Below, one piece after another: positions 29,501-40,800 of a DNA stretch of 64,000 nt. The notes below the pieces were generated by a model. The model worked only from the letters and a program-made list of their open reading frames with translations. It had not been told where the DNA came from and did not search any database. The stretch spans positions 1,641,854 through 1,705,853 of the forward strand of contig CM082596.2 in the NCBI GenBank assembly GCA_040954595.2, given 5' to 3'. The DNA comes from Balanoglossus misakiensis (Eukaryota > Animalia > Hemichordata). The translations under genes were made by a program, and so were the position numbers. Position 1 is the stretch's first letter, and each line of letters opens with the position of its first letter.

Positions 29501-32213
29501 AAACAGAGGGACATCGTCACCGCTGACAGCAACAATAACAGATTGCAAGTCACCACACTGGATGGCAGAGTCAAGAAAATCCTAAGATTTACAAAATTTC
29601 ATAAACCTTTCATTCCGATTGACATTGTTGTATCAGGGGACATGTACTATAGTTTGGACGATGGGAATAAGCAAGTTGTTGTCAGTAATAAGAAGGGAGG
29701 TGTCATCCGAAAGTTTGGACACAATGAGTTGAAGGATCCCTATGGGATAGCCATTAGCCCTGTCAATGGAAATGTCTATGTCACTGATAAAGGTGACCAC
29801 TGCATACGGATTTACAAGCAAGGGCAGTATCTGCGGTCACTTGGGTCAGAAGGCAAAGGTCATGCACAGTTTAACTGGCCGAGAGGCATCACGGTGGCGG
29901 GGAACGGGGTCGTGTTCGTGGCCGACTATCGAAACAACCGCATTCAGGTTTTCACTGCAGATGATGAGTTTTTGTATTTATTTCCCTACCGCAGTAACGG
30001 GGATGGCACACAGAGAAATCCCCTGGCGATAACCACAGATAACAGATACCTGTATGTCAGCGATAATCACAGCATTCACAAGCTTGACCTGAGTGGGAGG
30101 ATCATTTGCCGTATAGATAGCGATGAGGACAGAGTAAATAGTCCCACTGGGTTGGCTTTGACGGATGAGGAACCCAGCAGGGTGGTTGTAGCTGATATGG
30201 GCAACCATTGCATCAAAATATTTGCACAGTGATTGCCCCATAGCTGGAAAATTGCAGAGACATGGACACTCTGCGATGGACAACTACAAGACAGACAGAT
30301 GGACGGACGGACAGACAAAGAATTTAATATGTTTGTGAATGTGTATGGATGATCTCTTTGTACTCAAGCAAAAAATAACTCATATTATGGTAACTAAGTT
30401 TGTAGTATACTAATGGAAGAGGAACCAGAGTGAAAATTGCATTTTGTAGTAATAAGGGTTAATTATTGGGAACTCTGTTGTAATTATTGTGGTACTTTAG
30501 GTAATATTTAATAGATTTTCATTTTATTGGAAAAAGCATCATAATGTACTTTGACATAGTTTTGTTAACTTTTGTAAAAGCAGATCTACTTCAACTTGTT
30601 CATCTTATGTAATGTATCAGTAGAATAAATGCATTGTCAATTCACAGGTGATTTGGCTTCAAATTGTAAATTCTCGCCTAGCATCTTCTCTACACCCTTC
30701 CACCCCTATCTCTCAATACACCAGCCCAATCATACCACTGGCAACACTGGGGTTCACAAGACAATACACATCCCTCACCTTGTCCTTACAAATTCTTCTT
30801 CTTTGAAAAGGATTCCCATCTTTTTCTTGATGGATGGTGTGAAGACTCCATCAGCAGACATTTCCTCAACGCGACTCAGATCTTCATGAAGTGCTCGGAA
30901 ATTACCATCAGCTGACTGGGCATAACTCAGCACAACCTTACAACAGTATGTGCAGACCCTCAAATTACCTGAAATAAATAAAAAAAAATCATTTTTATAG
31001 GAAAGAATAATCATGAGATAACCACTAGTTGATCTCATCCGATCTTTGGCCACTCATTGCTCATGAATATGGCAGCAACCTCAATTAAGTCAGTCCACAT
31101 AAGTTCACATTGATCTTCCAAACTCTCACCCTTGCACCCCAGTTCTCTTTACAGGGTTCCAACTTTACCATAGAAAATGACGGCTTTGGGTCAAACCACA
31201 GTGGTGAAAGAGACTAAACTTCTACTGACCTGAGTAACCCATGAATTTTCCGGGAACTTCCTGATTGCAGCACCTGTTGCAGAAGATCTGACCACAAACT
31301 CTACAGTGATGACGTCGTCTGAAGGTTGTAAATTTATCCCCGCAGTCGTAACACTCTTTACAGTTGCTGTCTGGCATCCAATACTGCTTGAAATCACTGT
31401 CTCTGAAGACCTGGAGAAGAAATTGGAAGAAAGTGGTCATTTTAATCACTGAAAACAATGGAGATGAGCAAACCACAAACTATCATAGTGAAGAAGGGTA
31501 AGATATTTACTGGATTTTTGGCATCCACCAGACTACTCAGCCTCTTCAGTACAATACTCAGTGTTCTGCTGGGTTGGTTTGTTCTCTGTGATTCTCCCGG
31601 ACTGCCAGAAGAGGTGCGACGTCTTCTCACTATACCGCTGCTGTCAAACTGTAAATGTTTGGGTCTCTGTGGTGCTGCTCCTTCTTGTGATGTGGGTGAT
31701 AATGGCGATGTGGCGTGCTGTTGCTGGCTTTGTGTTGTCTGCGTTTGTTTCTTTCTCATTCTGGGTGAGGATTCCTCATCTGAGCTGCCAGCCACCACAT
31801 TCTGAAGATGTATGGTCCTGAAGCTGGCATCTGCTCAAAAATCAGGTCAGATTATATTTTGTCAGTTTTTGCTGAAAGTAATCAGTTTGCAAAGTGTGAT
31901 ACTGGACGATTTGTTGAATTCAGATTGGCACTTTGACCAGTGACCAGCTATTAGCTACATCACTGAACCACAGTTCATTATCCAATATGATACAGATGTG
32001 TAAAATGTTAAAACGTGTAGTTACACCAAAGTTACATTACCAACCTTTCTTTAATTGTGGCAGTTCTTCTTTCTTTTTGAAAATATTGGTGAATGAGAAT
32101 AAATTCTGACTCTTGATATCGGGAGAGAGTGGTTTGAATCTTGTCAGCTGGTCCGAGCTGTCAACGTTTGAATCAGCTGTAAGATACATCTGTCCATCTT
32201 TTCCCGATGCCAT
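14539..32213 (-). CDS. PIKFYVE: 1-phosphatidylinositol 3-phosphate 5-kinase PIKfyve/Fab1, multi-exon
   Basis: N-terminal LTRFKPLSPD; FYVE domain (YWMPD...RRRHHCRVCGQIFC); DEP domain; CCT-like domain (VQFKKVPGG, TLMFFEGC...ILRGG); PIPK domain (GGKSGSTF, MDYSLLVG, DYIRTFTWDKKLE, PTVVSPELYRTRF). Stop at 14539. Confidence 0.97.
24468..24490. repeat. (TG)n microsatellite, read as (CA)n on the PIKfyve pre-mRNA
   Basis: About 11 TG units seen directly. Confidence 0.9.
26914..27516. mobile_element. Non-autonomous DNA transposon (Kolobok-like MITE), 603 bp
   Basis: 18-bp TIRs AGCCACAGTATTTCTCGT (26914-26931) and ACGAGAAATACTGGGGCT (27499-27516), one mismatch. TTAA on both sides (26910-26913, 27517-27520). 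A TTAA TSD with AG..CT ends fits Kolobok rather than piggyBac. Confidence 0.8.
28145..30232 (+). CDS. Intronless TRIM-NHL E3 ligase (RING, B-box1, B-box2, coiled coil, NHL repeats; TRIM2/3/56-like), 695 aa, nested antisense in PIKfyve intron 26566-30778
   Basis: CTRC...LPCLHTFCEPC...CPEC RING; CSVH...FYCETCHVLVCPDC B-box; NHL repeats (GQFIRPVSVA, DPYGIAIS, FNWPRGITV...ADYRNNRIQVF). Single uninterrupted ORF. Confidence 0.93.
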   Translation: MATVAETEHPKEICGDFLCCTRCLGQFRTPKILPCLHTFCEPCLTTLLEKTGYLKCPECRQQCQVPNEGVSGVKDNLFMVSLIEIFTEQLKSKCEIWEDCERCGQNMATHKCVECQLNLCVKRCVIVHQNLPDTKEHRLVALEGLEKIDSVSLVGTTPAEYCSVHTSSEINFYCETCHVLVCPDCKEAEHGLPEHVHRDLREKADEYLKDMKIMVDRLKVKEQEAETCETRAKQTHSDLEEHHRQEEKKVRMKAEEMIKQIKQEEQRLIENLNKHYEGHLKRSAADINELEFKHSDIKGTCGYMETLMHHGNAAQLLSTKGEAQQSFMRLIATETKPGTEYGWVEFKPSKFNEVGVLGEITRPDTSGSAVTPMTPSSGKFDFPSVEHSKSRYYDNRVMEHDDDADARHEVATTMGDQQTPHQPPAVRKLVKTIGNKGSSEGQFIRPVSVAINKQRDIVTADSNNNRLQVTTLDGRVKKILRFTKFHKPFIPIDIVVSGDMYYSLDDGNKQVVVSNKKGGVIRKFGHNELKDPYGIAISPVNGNVYVTDKGDHCIRIYKQGQYLRSLGSEGKGHAQFNWPRGITVAGNGVVFVADYRNNRIQVFTADDEFLYLFPYRSNGDGTQRNPLAITTDNRYLYVSDNHSIHKLDLSGRIICRIDSDEDRVNSPTGLALTDEEPSRVVVADMGNHCIKIFAQ

Positions 32214-32998
32214 TTTTGCTTATGTGTAATTATGTATCAATGGCAACAATTATTTCTGTGAAGTAATAATTATATGATCATGTTAATTTCAACAATGATA
32301 AACTGTTCAAAAAGTGTTGTCATGCCTAGAAATACTACATGCATATGTCTTTAATATCACTTTGATGTTGTTAGTTTCTGTAAATTGTTAATTTCAGCAC
32401 TACCTGGTGCATTATCATATATGAAACATGTCCCTGGTGTTAAAACATCAAATGTGAAAGATCTTTCTCCACCTACGGAGATTTATTTCAATATTTCATA
32501 ATGAGAGTTGATCAAAACTCTTCCTTTGTTGCACATTACGTCATTACATCAGTTTTAATTATGATGTACATTGCAAGGGAAAACGTTTCCGGGGTCGTAT
32601 ACACGCAATCGCCGCCTGGGGGCGTTTGTCAGAGTTATTCGGCAAAGGGCGAACTTGAACGCTAAAAAGCCCGTTATATTCGCTGACACTTTTCCCTGGC
32701 CATTATCACACTTACCTGTGAGATTCTTCCAAACAAAAGCTCCTTTGTGTAGGTCCCATGATCAAGAAATCAATAGATCAAGAGGTGTTAAACGTGTTAC
32801 TCCAGGTGCGTGCAGCTGTACTCGTTCCGGCTTGTGTAACCTTTGACCCCAGTCTCCAGCCCGAGTTCTTTTTGCACATACCCAAAGTTGAAAATTCTCT
32901 TTAATTCACTAAACGCAATTAAAACAAAATTAATACTTAATTTTGTGCTAATTTATCAACCCTTTCCTTGATTTTTATAATTGAATCACGGCAAATGA

Positions 32999-33093
32999 AT
33001 TCGCTGAACACTGCGTCTCACGTGACTTGGTAGACGCCTATCTTCGTGACGCGTCTTTTTGCCAAGTCACGTGAGACGCAGTGTTCAGCGAAT
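32999..33093. repeat. Perfect 32-bp inverted repeat just upstream of the PIKfyve first exon, each arm carrying TCACGTGA
   Basis: ATTCGCTGAACACTGCGTCTCACGTGACTTGG (32999-33030) and its exact reverse complement (33062-33093), with additional inner AGACGC/GCGTCT pairing. Confidence 0.85.
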
Positions 33094-34081
33094 GGCTGTT
33101 CCCGCAATTTTTCACCGCCGCTGGTAGCATTTCCATTGGTACGCAACCTCAAGTTCAAATTGAAGGTCACATACAAACCAATTTGGCGTCATGTCATTTC
33201 TGTAAATACTTAGAGATGAAATACTTTCAGATATGAAAGCTTACATTCCAGCCTCAACTCTGTATAGAAATTCTCTGACACTTTGATGTCAAGACATTTC
33301 AGTGAAAATATTTCCAGAAATCCTTTTGAGAAAATTATGGTTGTTTTCAGTCTGCTAAGAAAGAATGTTAATATTTGCTGCCAAAAGTGTATGTGGGTGC
33401 CAGTTTTACATCTGTAATGCAGGTTTTAAAAAAGTCTTCTGCATTTACATAAAAGTATGTACATGTACACATGACAATGAAAGTTTATTTTATAGTGCAT
33501 TTATTTTTTATTTTTGCCGACATGCATCGTTTCCAGACGTTTCCTGATAGCTGATGGATGTCACGTACAAAGTTTATGACCTTACGACCTGTAATCGATA
33601 CTGATAAGAACTTCATAGCAAACTTGTAGCAAACTTGATACAGTTTACGTAGTACAGTCGCACTCTTGGGAATAGCAAGTTACGTGGTGATATCACGCCT
33701 ATATTATCGGACTCGGCTGCGCAGGCAGTGAACTACCGTGACTCCAGTTTCTTCTGAAACCAACCCTGTCCATGAATACCTCTGTACCAGCAGTCTCAGT
33801 TTTGTTGAAAAAAACCCAATTGAACTTTTAATAAAGTTTCAACTGCAAATTTCTTGGATAAGACTAAAAAACAGTTGACAGTATTCTCCGTACAGCATGC
33901 TTTTGGTCAAAGGGTCACTCATAAGGTGACGTTCAAGAATGGGACCCCAAGCCAGACTACAGTTGAACTTAGAATTAACTCCCTTGCTTTTAGAAATACC
34001 CTATGGATTTTATACATTGGGGAACAAGTTTTCTCAAATTCACTCGTAGTATGCGTGGGCGGGAACAGCTCGGACGCTCAC

Positions 34082-34358
34082 TTGGCACACTGTTGCAATT
34101 TTTTTCAGTGATGTTGCAGCTCCATCAGCAATGAAAAGATTACCTCTGCGTGACCCCTGATTGTTCGTGCGCGATTGGCACACTGTTGCAATTTTATTCA
34201 GTGAGGTTGCAGCTCCATCAGCAATGAAAAGATTACCTCTGCGTGACCCCTGATTGTTCGTGCGCGATTGGCACACTGTTGCAATTTTATTCAGTGAGGT
34301 TGCAGCTCCACGCAATGAAAAGATAACCTCTACGTGACCCCTGATTGTTCGTGCGCGA
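34082..34358. repeat. 93-bp tandem repeat, ~3 copies
   Basis: TTGGCACACTGTTGCAATTT... recurs at 34082, 34175 and 34268. Confidence 0.9.
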
Positions 34359-36342
34359 TCTCTCTTTCTCTCCCTCTCTCTCATTCAACGGCTTTCAGTC
34401 CAAAACAGACATAAAAGTTCTTTTTATTGAGAAATCAGGAAATAAAATACTGCATAGCAGTGACCTTGTTTTATGAATTGGTTCTTTTGTCTCTTATGTT
34501 TTATTGGCCGTGAAAAAAAAAAATGTTATGTTAAATACGGGGAAAGGCTTAACTGTATTTCAATTATGCAGTTAAAAAACAACTACTTTTGTTTATCTAG
34601 CACATAGCAATGACTTTACGGCACCGAGCTGATGATCGCTGGGTCAACTTGCTCCATCTTACCACAGATGGAGAACCAACGGGAAAGAGGAAAGCAGACA
34701 TTCTGGCGTCCGGTGAAGGCGGGAAGAAAACTTCCAGCAAAGAGCTGAGTGTTCCCGCTCGAATGAGCTACTAAGGCGGTGATTGGTTAAATAAAGAGGG
34801 AAAAGGCGATTGGTGGAAATGCAATGCAACCTCGTCCTCAGCCGATTTAAACCCCGCTCAATGAGAGCTATACCTTATCGATAACACAGGTACGTGCGGA
34901 CAAATTTTCGTCAATCCCTTGGTTTTGGCATTAGCGTTTGTGCGGGGATATTAAAATCTCGCGCACTCGGTACACTCCCAAACCCCGTAATCCACATCTA
35001 AAATGCATGGCCGGCCGCGCGGCCCGTGGGCGTGTCCAACATACACAAGCTTACTCGTGATTGACCAATACAATCACAATAAAATATATGAAGTTATGAA
35101 CGCACCATTTAAGGTCATTCATGAATTATTAATTTTTTTTTCGAGTATAAAAGCTATTGCGCAAGATATTGGCACTTGCTGCTCGTCTCCTATTCTGTAA
35201 GTATACATATATTTCAGTCTTATTCTATTTTTTGGGGTTTTTATATACTTGTTGGTTCTGGAAACCTCGCCTGAAATCGTTACTAGTGCATGAAGTGAGT
35301 GCTACAGACTCACTCTTTAACATGTTTAGTCAGCGTTAACGGTAGCACTATGCAAAAATTGAACAAGTTACCAAACTTTGTCGTTTGGGACGTCGTCGTC
35401 CAAAAAAAGTGCAGAGCCATCGTAGAGCCCTCCCGCTTTGCCCTAAAACACTGAGTACCACAGTCGTCCGTTTTGTCAAAATGTAAAGCGAGGTAGAGAG
35501 CACTGTCTACAATATAACCTTAGAATGTAAATTTTAGTTTTATTTGTAAAAAAATCGTCCATTATTTTTGAATTCAAAACATTTAACGACTTGGAGAAAT
35601 GGCGCGCACACGTGGTCGTCGCGTCGATTGTCTGCTTCCAAAACGCGATGCTCCCGCGTGGCTAGTCTTGCTCCAAGACTGTGTGATACTGAAAAAGAAA
35701 TGCGCGTCCGCGTTGCGTATAGAACAGGACGCGACGCTAATCTGGCGGCGCGTCCACGTACGCTGACGCAGTTCCGAAAGTTCCATAGGCACAGCGACTG
35801 CTTAGAGTCTACCGCGTGGCCACAAAACAATAAAGCGCAATTTTCAACCCAGAATGAAAAATGTGGTTTTATTTATAAAGTTTCCGTAGATTATTTTTGA
35901 ATTCAAAACATTTGTATCAATTCAACTTTCAAGATTTAGTGATTTGTAAAGTTAGTGCTGCGACATGCGGTCCTGTTTATTGGTGTAGAGTGTTACTTTA
36001 CTGACCATTTGTCGGATTCGAACCACGGTACACCACGGCCACTTATGTTTGAATTTAATTTTCAATATTTCTAGTATTTCAATATTTAAGCGTTCGCCTC
36101 TCATTTTAGTCATTTCAGGTCTGCCGAAATTGAAATACCAAGGCCATATCGGGGGAAAAAAGATGGCGCCAACTTGAGGAGGAACTCTCGACGGTGATGA
36201 CGTCATGGTCTCTGCATATGGGTTTCAACCAATCAGAGGTAGGCAACTACATGTGACATAATTCGATCTTCTGATTGGTCCACAGTTTTAATTACAAGTA
36301 GAAGTCGTATATATTGAGACAGGGATATTAATAATACAAGTT

Positions 36343-37677
36343 TGGAGATTAGGAAAGTGTGTTGGGTTAATAATGGGTAAAATATAAAAATGGGTTATGT
36401 AAAATGTGTAAAAAAACTTTCCCTTCTCCCAAAGGAGATTAGGAAAGTGTGGTGGGTTAAGAATGGGTAAAATATTAAAAATGGGTTATGTAAAATGGGA
36501 AAATAATTTAAAAAATGGGTTATGTAAAATGTGTAAAAAAACTTTCCCTTCTCCCAAAGAAGATTAGGAAAGTGTGTCTGGTTAAGAATGGGTAAAATAT
36601 TAAAAATGGGTTATGTAAAATGGGAAAATAATATTAAAAATGGGTTATGTAAAATGGGAATATAAACTTTCCCTTCTCCCAAAGGAGATTAGGAAAGTGT
36701 CTGGTTAAGAATGGGTAAAATATTAAAAATGGGTTATGTAAAATGGGAAAATAATATTAAAAATGGGTTATGTAAAATGGGAATATAACCTTTAGGAAAG
36801 TGTGTTGGGTTAAGAATGGGTAAAATATTAAAAATGGGTTGTGTAAAATGGGAAAAAAAACTTTCCCTTCTCCCAAAGGAGATTAGGAAAGTGTGTTGGG
36901 TTAAGAATGGGTAAAATATTAAAAAGGGGTTATGTAAAATGGGAAAATAATATTAAAAATGGGTTATGTAAAATGGGAATATAAACTTTCCCTTCTCCCA
37001 AAGGAGATTAGGAAAGTGTGTTGGGTTAAGAATGGGTAAAATATTAAAAATGGGTCATGTAAAATGTGTAAAAAAACTTTCCCTTCTCCCAAAGGAGATA
37101 AGGAAAGTGTGTTGGGTTAAGAATGGGTAAAATATTAAAAAGGGGTTATGTAAAATGGGAAAATAATATTAAAAATGGGTTATGTAAAATGGGAATATAA
37201 ACTTTCCCTTCTCCCAAAGGAGATTAGGAAAGTGTGTTGGGTTAAGAATGGGTAAAATATTAAAAATGGAAGAATGGGTAAAATATTAAAAATGGGTCAT
37301 GTAAAATGTGTAAAAAAAACTTTCCCTTCTCCCAAAGGAGATTAGGAATGTGTGTTGGGTTAAGAATGGGTAAAATATTAAAAATGGGTCATGTAAAATG
37401 GGAAAATAATATTAAAAATGGTTATGTAAAATGGGAATATAAACTTTCCCTTCTCCCAAAGGAGATTAGGAAAGTGTGTTGGGTTAAAAATGGGTAAAAT
37501 ATTAAAAATGGGTTATGTAAAATGTGTAAAAAAAACTTTCCCTTCTCCCAAAGGAGATTAGGAAAGTGTGTTGGGTTAAGAATAGGTAAAATAAAAAATG
37601 GGTTATGTTAAATGTGTAAAAAAACTTTCCCTTCTCTCAAAGGAGATTAGGAAAATGTGTTGGGTAAAATAGTAAAA
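36343..37677. repeat. Strand-biased G/A/T-rich minisatellite (~91- and ~125-bp units, ~11 copies)
   Basis: Built from AAAATGGGTTATGT-type subunits plus a recurring hairpin ACTTTCC-CT-TCTCC-CAAA-GGAGA-TTA-GGAAAGT. Confidence 0.92.
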
Positions 37678-37825
37678 ATAATAATAAGTTGTGTTGAAAG
37701 ATGGTTGGAATATTGGCTATGCATGTTGCTGATTGTATACAGGTTTTCTCTATGAATGACCCGGCAGATAGTTTAACAAGTTATCTATTCTTCATTTCAG
37801 GCATAAGTAGATTACTAGTATTTTG

Positions 37826-40800
37826 TAGAGTCATTTCAGGTACTGGAAGTTTGAAGATCGCAAGAAGAAAAGCAGAATTGGGGTCTGTAATTTAACTTGA
37901 TTAATCGCTGGAGCTCTCCGGAAGCCCAGAGCTTCCGGACAGCTCCAACGATTCGGTATTCATTAAAAGTGACCGCGGATGATACAGTTGAAATGCTGAG
38001 CTGACTTTGATGCCTGTGAAATCTATTAACCATATCTCTCGTATTCTTAGTCTTTTTAGAGTCATTTCAGGTGCTAGAAGTTTGAAGATAGAAGTTTGTC
38101 AAGAGCGGCTAGCAGAATTGGGGTCTGTAACGATCAATCGTTGGAGCTCTCCGGAAGCCCAGAGCTTCCGGACAGCTCCAACGATTCGGTATTCATTAAA
38201 AGTGACCGCGGATGATACAGTTGAAATGCTGAGCTGACTTTGATGCCTGTGAAATCTATTAACCATATCTCTCGTATTCCTAGTCTTTTTAGAGTCATTT
38301 CAGGTGCTAGAAGTTTGAAGATAGAAGTTTGTCAAGACCATGCAGGAGCGGCTAGCAGAATTGGGGTCTGTAACGATCAATCGTTGGAGCTCTCCGGAAA
38401 CCCAGAGCTTCCGGACAGTTCCAACGATTTGGTATAATTCATTAAAAGTGACCGCGGATGATACAGTTGAAATGCTGAGCTGACTTTGATGCCTGTGAAA
38501 TCTATTAACCATATCTCTCGTATTCCTAGTCTTTTTAGAGTCATTTCAGGTGCTAGAAGTTTGAAGATAGAAGTTTGTCAAGACCATGCAGGAGCGGCTA
38601 GCAGAATTGGGGTCTGTAACGATCAATCGTTGGAGCTCTCCGGAAACCCAGAGCTTCCGGACAGTTCCAACGATTTGGTATAATTCATTAAAAGTGACCG
38701 CGGATGATACAGTTGAAATGCTGAGCTGACTTTGATGCCTGTGAAATCTATTAACCATATCTCTCGTATTCCTAGTCTTTTTAGAGTCATTTCAGGTGCT
38801 GGAAGTTTGAAGATAGAAGTTTGTCAAGACCATGCAGGAGCGGCTAGCAGAATTGGGGTCTGTAACGATCAATCGTTGGAGCTCTCCGGAAACCCAGAGC
38901 TTCCGGACAGTTCCAACGATTCGGTATTCATTAAAAGTGACCGCGGATGATACAGTTGAAATGCTGAGCTGACTTTGATGCCTGTGAAATCTATTAACCA
39001 TATCTCTCGTATTCCTAGTCTTTTTAGAGTCATTTCAGGTGCTAGAAGTTTGAAGATAGAAGTTTGTCAAGACCATGCAGGAGCGGCTAGCAGAATTGGG
39101 GTCTGTAACGATCAATCGTTGGAGCTCTCCGGAAGCCCAGAGCTTCCGGACAGTTCCAACGATTTGGTATAATTCATTAAAAGTGACCGCGGATGATACA
39201 GTTGAAATGCTGAGCTGACTTTGATGCCTGTGAAATCTATTAACCATATCTCTCGTATTCCTAGTCTTTTTAGAGTCATTTCAGGTGCTAGAAGTTTGAA
39301 GATAGAAGTTTGTCAAGACCATGCAGGAGCGGCTAGCAGAATTGGGGTCTGTAACGATCAATCGTTGGAGCTCTCCGGAAACCCAGAGCTTCCGGACAGT
39401 TCCAACGATTTGGTATAATTCATTAAAAGTGACCGCGGATGATACAGTTGAAATGCTGAGCTGACTTTGATGCCTGTGAAATCTATTAACCATATCTCTC
39501 GTATTCCTAGTCTTTTTAGAGTCATTTCAGGTGCTGGAAGTTTGAAGATAGAAGTTTGTCAAGACCATGCAGGAGCGGCTAGCAGAATTGGGGTCTGTAA
39601 CGATCAATCGTTGGAGCTCTCCGGAAACCCAGAGCTTCCGGACAGTTCCAACGATTCGGTGTTCATTAAAAGTGACCGCGGATGATACAGTTGAAATGCT
39701 GAGCTGACTTTGATGCCTGTGAAATCTATTAACCATATCTCTCGTATTCCTAGTCTTTTTAGAGTCATTTCAGGTGCTAGAAGTTTGAAGATAGAAGTTT
39801 GTCAAGACCATGCAGGAGCGGCTAGCAGAATTGGGGTCTGTAACGATCAATCGTTGGAGCTCTCCGGAAACCCAGAGCTTCCGGACAGTTCCAACGATTT
39901 GGTATAATTCATTAAAAGTGACCGCGGATGATACAGTTGAAATGCTGAGCTGACTTTGATGCCTGTGAAATCTATTAACCATATCTCTCGTATTCCTAGT
40001 CTTTTTAGAGTCATTTCAGGTGCTGGAAGTTTGAAGATAGAAGTTTGTCAAGACCATGCAGGAGCGGCTAGCAGAATTGGGGTCTGTAACGATCAATCGT
40101 TGGAGCTCTCCGGAAACCCAGAGCTTCCGGACAGTTCCAACGATTCGGTATTCATTAAAAGTGACCGCGGATGATACAGTTGAAATGCTGAGCTGACTTT
40201 GATGCCTGTGAAATCTATTAACCATATCTCTCGTATTCCTAGTCTTTTTAGAGTCATTTCAGGTGCTAGAAGTTTGAAGATAGAAGTTTGTCAAGACCAT
40301 GCAGGAGCGGCTAGCAGAATTGGGGTCTGTAACGATCAATCGTTGGAGCTCTCCGGAAACCCAGAGCTTCCGGACAGTTCCAACGATTTGGTATAATTCA
40401 TTAAAAGTGACCGCGGATGATACAGTTGAAATGCTGAGCTGACTTTGATGCCTGTGAAATCTATTAACCATATCTCTCGTATTCCTAGTCTTTTTAGAGT
40501 CATTTCAGGTGCTAGAAGTTTGAAGATAGAAGTTTGTCAAGACCATGCAGGAGCGGCTAGCAGAATTGGGGTCTGTAACGATCAATCGTTGGAGCTCTCC
40601 GGAAACCCAGAGCTTCCGGACAGTTCCAACGATTCGGTGTTCATTAAAAGTGACCGCGGATGATACAGTTGAAATGCTGAGCTGACTTTGATGCCTGTGA
40701 AATCTATTAACCATATCTCTCGTATTCCTAGTCTTTTTAGAGTCATTTCAGGTGCTAGAAGTTTGAAGATAGAAGTTTGTCAAGACCATGCAGGAGCGGC

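Noticed and set aside
34040-34384. 114-aa minus ORF with internal repeats
   Set aside because: Produced by the 93-bp tandem repeat and a CT-rich tract.
35283-35314. Helitron-like 3' end on the minus strand (7-bp hairpin 11 nt from CTAG|T)
   Set aside because: The stem is short, AT-containing and plausible by chance, and no matching 5' end could be fixed.
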